From Clostridiales bacterium (lineage in GTDB: Bacteria; Bacillota; Clostridia; Christensenellales; UBA1750), in contig SVHB01000001.1 in assembly GCA_015056005.1 (NCBI GenBank), positions 18,799 to 82,798 of the forward strand: a stretch of 64,000 nucleotides of DNA, read 5' to 3'. The notes below the pieces were generated by a model. The model ran no database searches. It had not been told where the DNA came from and worked only from the letters and a program-made list of their open reading frames with translations. This document shows, in pieces, positions 27,601-39,600 of the stretch. Both the position numbers and the translations under genes were made by a program. The number at the start of each line of letters is the position of its first letter. Position 1 is the first letter of the stretch.

Positions 27601-30600
27601 ACCATCTCCACCGGTACCACCACCATGCCCCAGCTCAGCTACGGCACCACTCAGGCTGATCCCGGTACCGATACTTCCAATACTCCCCATCAGAAATCCA
27701 ATACTCTTGATGTTGGCAAGTCCGGCGGCTTCTTCGCAGTGTCCGTTGTGGATCAGGATGTATTTGCAGCTATTAGGGATAAAGCTTCCGTAAGCACCGG
27801 AGCAGACCTTTCTGTCAGATCCTTAGCTCATACTCATGTTGTAAACGAAGCCACCTCCAATCCCAACGAGGGCGGTCAGTCCATGACCCTTGATCAGCTC
27901 ATGATCAAGATCGAATCCCTGTTCAATCAGGTGACCGCAAACATGAACAGGGGCGCAGGTACTACCCCCGGCGCAGGTGCTGCCGCTCAGAAGCCCAGAC
28001 AGACCAACGCTCTTAGCAATATTGCTAACAAGCTCACCGGCAAGAACAACCCCAATACTTCTGTAAACAATGTAGTAAATCAGGGCACCGCGGGCGCAAG
28101 CAACGGACAGAACACCACCAACTCCATGCAGATGGTCGGCGCTCTTGCAGTGACCTATTCCGGTACCAAGAACGAAGCTTATATCAACACCACCGGCACT
28201 GTGAGTGCACTCGGAGATCTTTCCGTTTACGCAAGCGGTTCCATGATCACCGAGACCCTTGCGGACGGTTCCCCCGTAAAGCGCACCAGCGCGGGTACCA
28301 CAGGCAACGCCAGCGGTCTTAATACCACAGGTCCCAAGGATACTACCGTCGGCGGCGGCAGCTACGGCGTGGTCACCGTGCCCACCATGAACAACGGCAC
28401 CGTGATGATCACCGGCAATCCCCAGCCTCTTGCAAATGTTAATTTTGAAGTCTGGGCGCTTCCCGGCTATGTCCTTCAGAGCGAGACCACCGGCACAGGT
28501 GCAACCGCAACCACCAAGTACTTCATTACCGTAAGCGGTCCTACCGGAACTCCCCAGAAGATTTATGTTACCATAGATAACGCTAAGACCGAAATGCGTA
28601 CTGACGGTTATACAGTTTATACGCTGGCTGTCGGCCAGACCTGGACCGCAGGAAATGCCGATACCGTGAACGCGGTATTCGTACCTAAGGAACTCACCGT
28701 AACCATCAACAACTCCAACCCCTCTATGGGCTCCGCTATCGTGACCGAAAGCGCAGCTTCCACGGGCTCCGCCTACTATGTAGACAAGAATGGAGACCTG
28801 TATGTGAAGGTCAAGCCCAACGCGGGTTACACTCCTTCCGTAAGCTTCACCGTTGGCAGTGCGGCAGCAGGTGCTCCCGCACCCGAAAGTGTTGTAGCTC
28901 AGCAGGTCGGTACCGATGCTCAGGGCAACAAGATATTCCTCATTCCCGCTGCAAGAGTTACAGGCAATATCACCGTGAACGTGGATTACGCAGGTCAGTC
29001 CACCCGTCTTGCCATAAGCCCCACGGGCGCGGTATCGGGCAAGGCTCAGATCATCCGCACGGATGCAGCCGGCACTCAGACCGTGCTGTATGACAACGAT
29101 ACTGCTACCACAAATATTCTTGACCATACTCCCAGCAATTCCGCTAATCCTGTAAACGTTGGCGAGACCCTTACTCTCACCATCAATATGAGCGGGCTTA
29201 AGACCGGCACCGCCCAGAAGTATATGCAGAAGAACACTCTGCGCTTCAACGGTTCCACCCCCATCTACATCAAGAACATTACCTTCAACGAGCAGACAAT
29301 GACCTACACCTGCCAGATCGTGGTTCCTGCGGGCGCCAACATCACCGATCAGGCGGTCATCACCTGGAGCACCACCACCAATAAGAATCTTGCTCAGGGT
29401 ACCATCAAGAATACCTCCACCGCTTTGGGCGTAGGCGTTGCGGTTTCCGTGACCGATTACGAAAACAATGCGTATATCGCGTCCGTTGGCGGCGAGGGTA
29501 TCGAGGCGGGCGGCATTGAGGTTATTGCAAAGACCGCAAACGCTTCTTCCTCCGCCATATCCAAGGCGGGCTTCACCAAAGCCGATCTCGGTCTTGCAGG
29601 CGCTCTGACGGTAAATGTAGCAACCGCAAAGAATAACGCCGAGATAGGCGAGGGCGTAAAGAAGATCGTCCTCCTGGAAGGCGCGAACATCAAGATGGAT
29701 TCTACCGTCGCGATGAGCAATTTCGTGACCGCAGCAGATGCAGGCGGCATCGCTTCCGCGACCACCGCTGTGACTGCATCGACCACCACTCCCACTCCCT
29801 CTGTGGGTAATGCAGGTTCCGGCTCAAACGGCACTTTGAACAAAATGGGCGACAAGGACGATTCCGTTGGCGTTGGCGCGGGTATCGCGGTAGGCGTTAT
29901 CGGCGTTGACGTAAACGCAAGCATAGCTGATTCGGTCTCTATAATAATGAAGGATTCCGATAAGCAGCTTGGCGGAATGGATGTTAAGGCTTCCTACACC
30001 GGCTATGAAAAGAGCTTTGCAAAGGCCGGCGCTTCGGGCGGCACTTCGATCGTTCCCGTTCTGGCTCTGGATGTTTCCGGCGTGTATGTAAACGCAAGCA
30101 CCGGCACCAAGGCAGATGATCCCATACTTAACTTTGCAAACAATGTAAATATCAATGCTTCCAATTCCATCATCCGCAATATCAAGGCGGATGCGGCTGC
30201 AGCAGGCACCGGCGTTGGCGTCGGCGGCGCATTCATCGTCGACGTCCTCAGCGACAGCGCTTATGCAAACCTTGGAAGAAACGTAAGGGCCAAGAAGGTC
30301 AATGCAAAAGCTTCTTCGATCTCAAGGCTCACCGCAAACGGCAAGGCAAGCGCAGCGGGCGCGCAGAACAGCGCAGCCGCTCCTTCCAATCCCTCAAACA
30401 GCAACGGCAATACCAACACAAACAACAACAGCAATACAAATACCGGCAATAACAATACCGGAAATAATTCCAATGGGTCTAACGGTTCAAATACCGGCTC
30501 CGGATCAAACTCCGGTTCCAATCAGAACGGAGAAGCGGATGACGACGACCTAGGTCAAGCGATGCAGAATCTCTTCAACGAAGGAGAGGCTGACAAGATC

Positions 30601-33600
30601 GCCGATCAGAACACTCAGGCTGCCGCTAACATGGCAGGTCTTGCAAATACCAACAATGTAAATTCAACTAATGTTCAGAACCTCAGCGCCAACCGTCAGA
30701 AGGCTCAGACCAGCGAAGGCAGCGTTCAGGTTGCTGCAAGCATGGTCGTGAACATTCAGGAGAACAACTCCAAGGCTTCCATCGCAGACGGCATAACCGT
30801 TATCGCGACCGAGGACATTGTTGTAAATTCCAAGAACGATACCGACGGTATCATTTCCGCAAATTCCGCCGCCACCAATTCCACCACCGGCGTTGGCGTT
30901 GGCGTTGCGATCAACACCGTAAATTACGAGAACATCGCATATGTAGGCGCGAAGTATATCGAAGGCAAGTCCCTTACCGTAAAGGCCGAGCTTTACGAGA
31001 CCGACGGTAAATATAATGTAGAAAAGCTTCTTGAAAAGCTCATCAAGCAGATCCTTGAAGTCGTTCAGATGAAGACTTTTGTCAATAGGATAGTCTCTGC
31101 TGCGACAGGCGAAAATGTAGGTGAGGATATCACCAAATTCGTTCTCGATCTTGCTCAGGATGCATACGGCATGACCATCACCAACGATGATGTTAAGACC
31201 GTGGTCGACATTATCTATGCGCGCATTGAAGCAGCGCTGACCGGTGAGGATGTTGAAGCACCTTCATCAGAAGAATATGAAGAACTCATCGGCGCGGTCA
31301 TCTCCTTTGTTTCCGATTATATTACTCAGGGCATGACCCTGCAGGATGTCTTCGGAAATAAAGGCTGGCAGAATCTGATCAGTGAGATCACCAACAACAT
31401 TAAGGATAAAAAGCAGCGTCAGGCTATCATCGATACCGCGACCCTCGCTCTTGCAGCCGCACTTGGCAGCAACGATGAGCTGGACGGCATCGGCAGCCGC
31501 ATTTCCGCTACTGCGGTCTCCGGCGTCGGCGCTTCCAATGTCGGCGTTGCGGGTTCACTTGCTCTGTCGGTTGTAAACGGCGTTACCAAGGCGATCGTTT
31601 CCGATTTCTCCGGCGGTACTGTTAATGTACCTGAAGGCGATATCATCATCACCGCCGACGGCGCGCAGACCGTTTATACCACCGCTACTTCTTCCCTTGA
31701 CTACAAGGGCAGCGGTGACAAGAACAAGGCGGCTCTGCTCGGAAGCACTGCAAGCCAGAACGGCGCTCAGACTCCCGCAGGCGGCAGCGGCAATAACAAT
31801 TCCGGCAGCACCACTACCAGTACTTCCACCTCTGCTGCTCCTGCAACCAGAACTCCCACAGGCAACGCGGCAACCAACACCACTCAGACCGGCAAGACCG
31901 TCGGCGTTGGCGCTGCGATCGCAATGGCGTTTGCCGATATGACCGTGCATGCGGGTATCGGCGCGGGACGCAGCATTGCAGCAAGGTCTATCGACATTCA
32001 GGCAATAGAGCAGAACAACCTTGAGACCATCAGCGTTGCGGGTACCGATCCTATCGCAAGAAGCAACGCGAACAATTCCACCAATGTAGGCAGCGTGGTC
32101 ATCCCCAACACCACCGCCAAGGATATCTCGGTCGACGCATCTGTTTCCGTCGGTCTTATTGACAACGATGTAAAGGCATATATCGGCAGCGAAAACAACA
32201 ACAGCAGCATCAACCTTACCGGCGGCGATACTGTTGCAACCGATAAGGAAAACGAGACGGTAAACCTGTTCGTATTTGCCAAGCAGCAGGGCGAGACCAA
32301 GACTGGCGCCAGCGGCTTTGCCGTGGGCGAAGCGACCGCTGTAGGCGCAGCCGTTGCCCTCAACCTTGCGATGAGCGAAGTTGAAGCATCCGTGAACGCA
32401 GACGGCAGCGTTTTGGGTAAGGTCAGAGTACTTGCTCAGACCGAAAACTATGACGACGCCAACGCTCTGGCTCTTGCCATGGGCGCAGACATGGAGCGCT
32501 ACACCAATAAGATCAAGGGCGCTCAGAACATGGCGAGCGTCAACACCAATACCACCAATAAGAAGGTAAACAACCGACTCCAGCAGCAGGGACAGGGCAA
32601 TGTTCAGAACCAGAACAACGCAAATCCCCTGTCTACCAATGCTCTTACTCAGAACGGCGCTCAGACTCCCGCTCTCAACCAGCAAAACAACAATACAAGC
32701 ACCGGAGCTAACCTTACAAATAATATAAACGGTGCAGCGGGCAGCGCCAACGGTTCAAATGTTGGCGGCGCAGTAGGCGGCGCAGTGAACGGTACCAATC
32801 TTGACGCAACCGCTCAGGAACCTCAGTCCGTTCAGGTAGCGGCAGCTGTCGGCGTGAATGTCACCGATCACAACGCACTGTCCAGAATCAGCGGCATTCT
32901 CTCAGCAGCAAGCTTTGATGCACTGGTCAAGAACAACGGCAATTTCGCTACCATAGCAACAGGCGCGGCGGTAACCACTTCCGATAATTCCAGCACCGTG
33001 GGCGCCGGCGTTGCCATATCCGTAAACCAGAACTCCTCCGTATCCGAGCTTGGCGGCAGCCTCACCGCAACCGGCGGCGATATCAACGCTGATGCCGATC
33101 TTACCCAGAACATGGATGGCGTATACAGGGGCAAGTACGGCGCACTGGCTGTCGCTGGCGCGGCTTCGGGCGGCGGCGCGGCAGCTGCTGCAGGCGCGCT
33201 GGCGATCATGGTCGCACAGGGCGAAAGCAGGGTAGAGGTAAAGGATAATACCACCCTCAGCGCTCAAAACGGCAATGTAACCTTAAAGAGCTACGATAAA
33301 TCCAAATTGAATGCTGCGGCGATGGCAGCTACCATTTCCGGCGGTTCGACCGTGGGCGTTGGCGCATCGTTTGCTTTGCTGTACGCTGAAAACGAAGTGA
33401 TGACTATAGTCGGCGACGACGTGACAGTAAAAGCCAAGGCATTCACCGCAGATGCAAAGAAGGAAGCCGTTAATATTTCCGACTTTGGCTCTCCTGTTGC
33501 AATGAAGGATATCATCACAATCATTCCCAAGGATCAAAAGGACTATTTACGTCCCACCGATGATCAGCTGGGCATGATCGTACTCGAACAGCAAAAAGAT

Positions 33601-36600
33601 AATAGTTATACAATACAAACTAACCTTAAGACTGAAAACCTTACCGATCTCCTTCAGATGACCAGCATCATCGGCACCGTGAACTACTACGCTATGGCAG
33701 TTGCGGGCACTGTGACGGGCAATGACATGAACACTCAGGAGAAGGCGGCGGTTGCCGGTTCTGTCTCCATGCTGTTCAATGAAAGCAAGACCAAATCCGT
33801 GCTTGGCGACAGGCTCAATGTTGTTTTGATCGACGGTGACATGAATGTTACCGCTTCCAGCCACAACAATGCACGCCTTATCGGCGGCTCTCTCTCCGCT
33901 TCTTCCGCGACCGCGGGCGTTGGCGTAAATGTAGCTACCATTGTTGCAAAGGACGAAGTTGTCGCTTCCATCGGCAACGGCTCCGATAAAGATACCTATA
34001 AGGGTATTGAGGTAAAAAATGGTGAAGTTAATGTGACTGCTGAGGCTGAAAACGATACCTTTGCGATCACTGCTGCGGCGGTTCTGTCCGGCAATGAGGC
34101 AAAGGCGACCATCGGCGGCAGCATGAACGTTATCGTTTCCGAAAATAAGGTCGAAGCCGAGATCGGCGAAAACGTAAAGCTTAAAGCATCTGATGATGTA
34201 AACGTTCATGCAAGCAATAATTCCGACCTTATCTTAGGTTCTATGAGTGTTGCCTTGCAGAACAGCGGCAGCGGCACTGTTGCTGCCGGCGGCACTGTTT
34301 CCGTGACCGTTTCCGACAACGCTGCAAAGGCGTCTGTAGGCAGCGGTACTTCAATTGAGAGCGTAAACGGTGCGGTCACCATTGGCGCGACCAATGACGA
34401 ACTGCTCCTGAGCCTCCTCGGTTCCGTTTCCGCAGCGGCAGCCGGTGCGGCAGGTGCGGGTACGGTAAACGTACTTGTTACCAATGCAAAGGCGCTTACC
34501 ACTGTCGGCGATAATATGACCATCAAGGCAAACAACGCGCTTAAGATATTCGCTGACGGCGATTCCAAGCTTGTAAGCGTCCTGCTGGCAGCGGCGGGTG
34601 CGGGAAGTGCGGATCCTGCGGTCGGCGCGACCATACTTGTAAACGTATTTAATAGAAACAACAGCGTAAATATCGGAAACTACGCAGCTCTTTCATCCAA
34701 AACCGATTCCGTGACAATCGAAGCTTACGGCGATGAAAAGACCATCATGGTCAGTGTCGCGGGCGGTGCTTCCGCAAGCAGCGCAGCGGTTTCCGGCAAT
34801 ATTCAGGTAAATGTCGGTTCCAGCAGGACCGAAGCCACTGTCGGCGATAATGCGGATATCGATGCTTACGATTCCATTGGCGTAACTGCTGATATGGATA
34901 ATGTTGTTGCGCTCATAGCTGCAAACGCATCCCTCAGTGGCGGCAGTGCAGCGGTAGGAGCAACCACCATCACCACCGTACTCAATAACGTAGTGACCGC
35001 AAGCGTTGGCGCAAACGGCAGCCTTAATGCAAGAGCGCTCAAGGAAGACGGCGGCATCAAGACCCGCAACAGGGAAGACAAGCGCAGGGGCGTTATCGTT
35101 CACGCGTTTGCAAACGAGACCAATGTGATGCTTGGCATTTCGGGAGGCGTAAGCGCTGGCGGTGCAGCAGTCTCCGGCGTTATTGATACCCTGGTCATAA
35201 CCAATAAGGTGACCGCATCCGTTGGCGAAAACACCGATGTCATTTCCGGCACCGAAAGCACCGTCGACAAAGACGGCGACGAAAAGGCGGACGGAGAGTC
35301 TTCCGATGGCGAAGGCGACATAGCGGTTGAAGCATATGATAAGACCGTTGCCATCAATTTCGGCGGCGCAGCTTCCGTTTCGGGCGGCAGCGCAGCTGTT
35401 GGTGCGACCGTTGTAAGCCTTATCTTTGATAAGGATGTCAATGCTTCCCTTATCGGCGGAAATATCCGCGCAGCCGGTGATGTCGATGTCAGCGCAAAGA
35501 GCGTCGATGATCTGGTCCTGCTCGCAGTTACTGCGGGCATTTCGGGCGGCAGCGCTGCGGTCAGTATCGGCGGCAATGCGCTCGTGTTCCAGGATGAAGT
35601 ATATGCTACCCTCGGCGGCAATGTTGTCGCAGGCAGAAACGTAAGCGTAAAAGCCGAAAGCGATTCCGATCTTGTTAATGTTGCAGCGTCTGTTGCCGTA
35701 TCCGGAAATACCGGCGTCGGCGGCGTAGCTGTTATCACTTACTTCACCGGCGAGACCATCGCAAAGGTCAAAGCCGGAACTTCCATCGATGCTAAAGGCG
35801 TACTTACCGTTGAAGCCATCTCCGACGAATTCGTGACCGCAGACGGTGCGGGTATCTCGGGCGGCGGCACCGCTGGTGTATCCGGCACCGTGGATATTAT
35901 CATTACCAAGCTTACCACTCAGGCAATAATCGAAGATTCCGATGCGCTTGATCGCGGCGAGATCAAAGCGGCAAGCATCAAGGTTAATGCAAAGGATAAT
36001 TATAAGCTTGTGGCTGTGGCAGTCTCCGCATCTGTCGGCGCCACCGCAGGCGTTGGCGTGACCGCAATGGTCACCGTTGCCAAGAACACCGTAACCGCAG
36101 GCATCGGCGATAACTATGATGTAAGCGCAAACGGCGATGTTGATGTTACCGCAACTTCCGACAGAGAAGTGCGCACCTACGCGGGCAGCGTTGGCGCAGG
36201 CGGCACCGCAGGCGTTGGCGTGACCCTTATGGTCACCATAGTCGGCGGCAAGATGGATGCTGATTCTCATGCAGCTCTTTATGAACACTTCAATCCCAAT
36301 GCACTGTTTAAAGGTACTACGGATGAAAACGGCGATACAGATCAGCGCGGCATGAAGCAGAACGCTCCTTCCATTGCCGGTGCTTACTACAGCAGCGATA
36401 CTCTGAATAGCGATCTTGAAACCGACGGCAATAAGATATCCGATACTCAGGTCGGTCATCAGGTCCAGCGCAAGGATAAGGACGGCAATCTTCTGTATCT
36501 GGATGCAAACGGTAACGAAACTACAACTGTTACCGGCACGCCCTCCATGGAAATGGTCTATGACGGCGCCAACGATTACAGGAGCGATGAATTTGACGAG

Positions 36601-39600
36601 CAGTTCGAGGAACAGCGCAAGGACGAAAACGGCAATCTCCTGTATCTGGATGAAAATGGCAACGAGACCACTGTCAACACCGGAAAGCCTTCTATGGAAA
36701 CTGTCGGTAAAGAGCCCGGCGCAGATCTTACTATAGGTAGCAATTCCGACCGTGATGCTGCGGCGAACATCGGCTCCTATCGTCCTTCCTATGATCCTGC
36801 CGATTCCACCACAGCTTTCATAGGAAACTACACCAATGTTACTACCTCTTTGGGCGATATCAATGTTGCAGCTTATGACAATGTGGTTGCAGAGCATGTT
36901 ACCGCATCCGTTGGCGTTGGTGCTTCCGCAGCCGGCGTTGGCGTTGGCATGGCTGTTGCCGTGATCTTCGGCAATGTTGTAGCCTATGTTGATGATGGCG
37001 CAGTCCTTTCCGCTCAGGGCGATGTAAACGTAATAGCCAGATCCGGTTCTACCGCAGTAGAAGCCGGCAAAGGCATGAATGATCTGCTCGAAAGCAGTGT
37101 AAAGGAAGAAGCTGGCAAGAATGATATCAGCTTTGGCGATCTGACCATCCGCACTGTTTCAATGTCCGCCGGCGTTGGCCTCTATGCAGGCGTTGGCGTT
37201 GCGATCGGCACCACCAGCCTGATCTCCAATACTCAGGCTTATATCGCGGGCAATGTCGTAAAAGCAAACGAAGTAAACGTAAAAGCTATCAGCAATTATC
37301 CTTCTGTGATATCCGGCGTTCTGAGCGTGGGCGGCGGTCTTGTTGGTGTGGCTGCGACTGTATCGGTCGTGACCGTCAGCGGCGAGACTTTCGCAGGTAT
37401 CACCGGAAATGCTCAGATTGGTCAGGATGCAGGCAAAGGCACTGTAGGCAATGTGAACGTGCTTGCCGATGCCGATGCGGGCGCGCTTTCCATCGGCGGT
37501 GCGGCTTCAGCGGGCGGTGTTGCGGTCAACGGCGTTATCTCCGTTGTCGTGAACCGTGCAAAGGTCGAAAGCATCATCGGTCAGGGCGTTCGCTTAAAGA
37601 GCACAGGCAATGTATCCGTTAAGTCCGATGTCTATACCACCGCGGATGCTATACTGGTCAGCATGGCAGCGGGCGGCGTAGCCGTTGGCGTAAGCGCAGC
37701 GGTCGTCGTGCTCGATACCGATGTTATGACCTACGCGGGTACCACTCCTTCCGATACCGTATCTCCCGGCGCAGTCGGAGCACAGCTCGGCATCATCGAA
37801 GCAGGTTCCCTTGAAGTACGTAGCGATGTTACCACCGATGCTAACGCATATGTTGCTTCCATAGCAGGAGGCGGCGTTGCGGTAAACGGCAACATCCTCC
37901 TGGTCTTCAACTTTACCGATGCCAAGACCGGTATCAATAAGATCAACGTGCAAATCACAGGCGATATAGATGTGGACGCAAACATGGACACCGATGCGGA
38001 TTCCGTGCTGGCAAGCGCGACTGCGGGCGGTGTAGCTGTTGGCGTTACCATAAGCTATGTCGGACTCAACTCCAAGAACGAGGCCTTCATCGATACCACC
38101 GGCGTTACCGTAAAGGGTAATAACATCGATGTATTTGCAGGCCGTGAATATGATAAGAATAAGGCAAGCGCCGATACCACCGCAGTTGCGGGCGCAGTCG
38201 GCGGTGTAGCAGTGAACCTCAACGCAGCGGTTTCCGATAACAACGCAGCGAACAACGCTGTGGTAAAGGGCAGCGGCAACCTCAATGCAGAAGGTGCTGT
38301 GAACATCGGCGCAAACGGTGACGCTACCGCAAACGCTCAGATCGTTGGTGTAAGCGCGGGCAGCATTTCCGTAGCCGGTTCCTTCGCAGTGGCTCTGCTC
38401 AGGAGCGAGCAGCTGGCACAGCTTAAAGATGCAAATGTTACCGCGTCTTCCCTGAATGTGATTTCCAATCTTAATAAGGATAAAACAACGGCAAGCTCCA
38501 CCGCCGAGCTGATCACCGGCAGCGGCGGCATGCTCACCGTGACCGCAAACGTGGCAGTGGCTTACGGCAGGAACAAGTCTTATGCGGAAGCTTCTCCCAT
38601 GACTCTGACCATAAACGGCAGCGGCAATGTTAATGTGGGCAGCTACGGAAATGCGGATGTTCTGTCAAAGACCGCTAACGCATCCGTCGGTGCAACCACC
38701 GCGGGCGTGATGGTAAATACTGCTTACAGCCAGAGCGAGTTTAAGGCGATCATGAACCTGCCCGAGGGCAGCGAAATTTCGGCCAACAATGTAAACGTAG
38801 AAACCGTATACAATGCAGATGCGACCGCCGATCTTACTCCCAGCGCGGGCGGCGTATCCGTCGACATTGCAAGCATCGGCGCTAACGTTGCGGTCAGCAA
38901 TGCTGACAGCGTGGGCGAAGCTGCAATAAGAGGCATGGGCACCATAAATGCCAACAATGTTACCGCAAAGGCCGACGGCACTGCGATCTCCCTTGCAGCC
39001 CAGAACGCTCCTGCATTGGCAGCAGGTGTGGCAAACGTTGCCGCAAACATCCTCGTTTCCCTGCTCGATGCATCCAACAAGGCGAGGATCGACGGCGTTA
39101 CCATCAATAACGCAAATGTAAACGTTGAAGCTCTGCTCAACGACAATGCAAATGTTAAGGAAGGCTCAAAGGCCGAGCTTGGCAGCATGGCGAATGCAAG
39201 TGCAAGTGCAAGTGCAAGCATCAGCCTTGTTGGTGCTGCAGTGAATACCGCAGTTGCCAATAACGATTCCAAGAACGAAGCTTCCATGACCGGAACGGCT
39301 GTCAATGCTGCAGGCAAGAATATGACTGTCAATGCAAATGCCAACAGCTATGCTGACGCTCTGGTAAAAGAAGCCACTGTAAGCGCGGGCTATATCTCAG
39401 TCGGCGTTACCGTGACCACGGCAAACGCAAACGGTGAGTTCAAGGCGTTCATCGATAACGCGGGCAAGAACATTACCGCATCCGATATTGATGTGACCAA
39501 CACCTTTATCGCTAAGGCGAATGCAGCCACCTCTCAGGGTATCCTCGGCATCTCCGCTGCGGATGTTTCCGTGAACGCGGCAAGCGCAGACGCAGGCGCA

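Noticed and set aside
36466-36705. GNLLYLDANGNETT duplication considered as RHS/YD repeats (polymorphic toxin).
   Set aside because: There are only two or three isolated copies, not the long YD-repeat shell, and no RHS core or C-terminal toxin domain. The protein ends in an SLH anchor.
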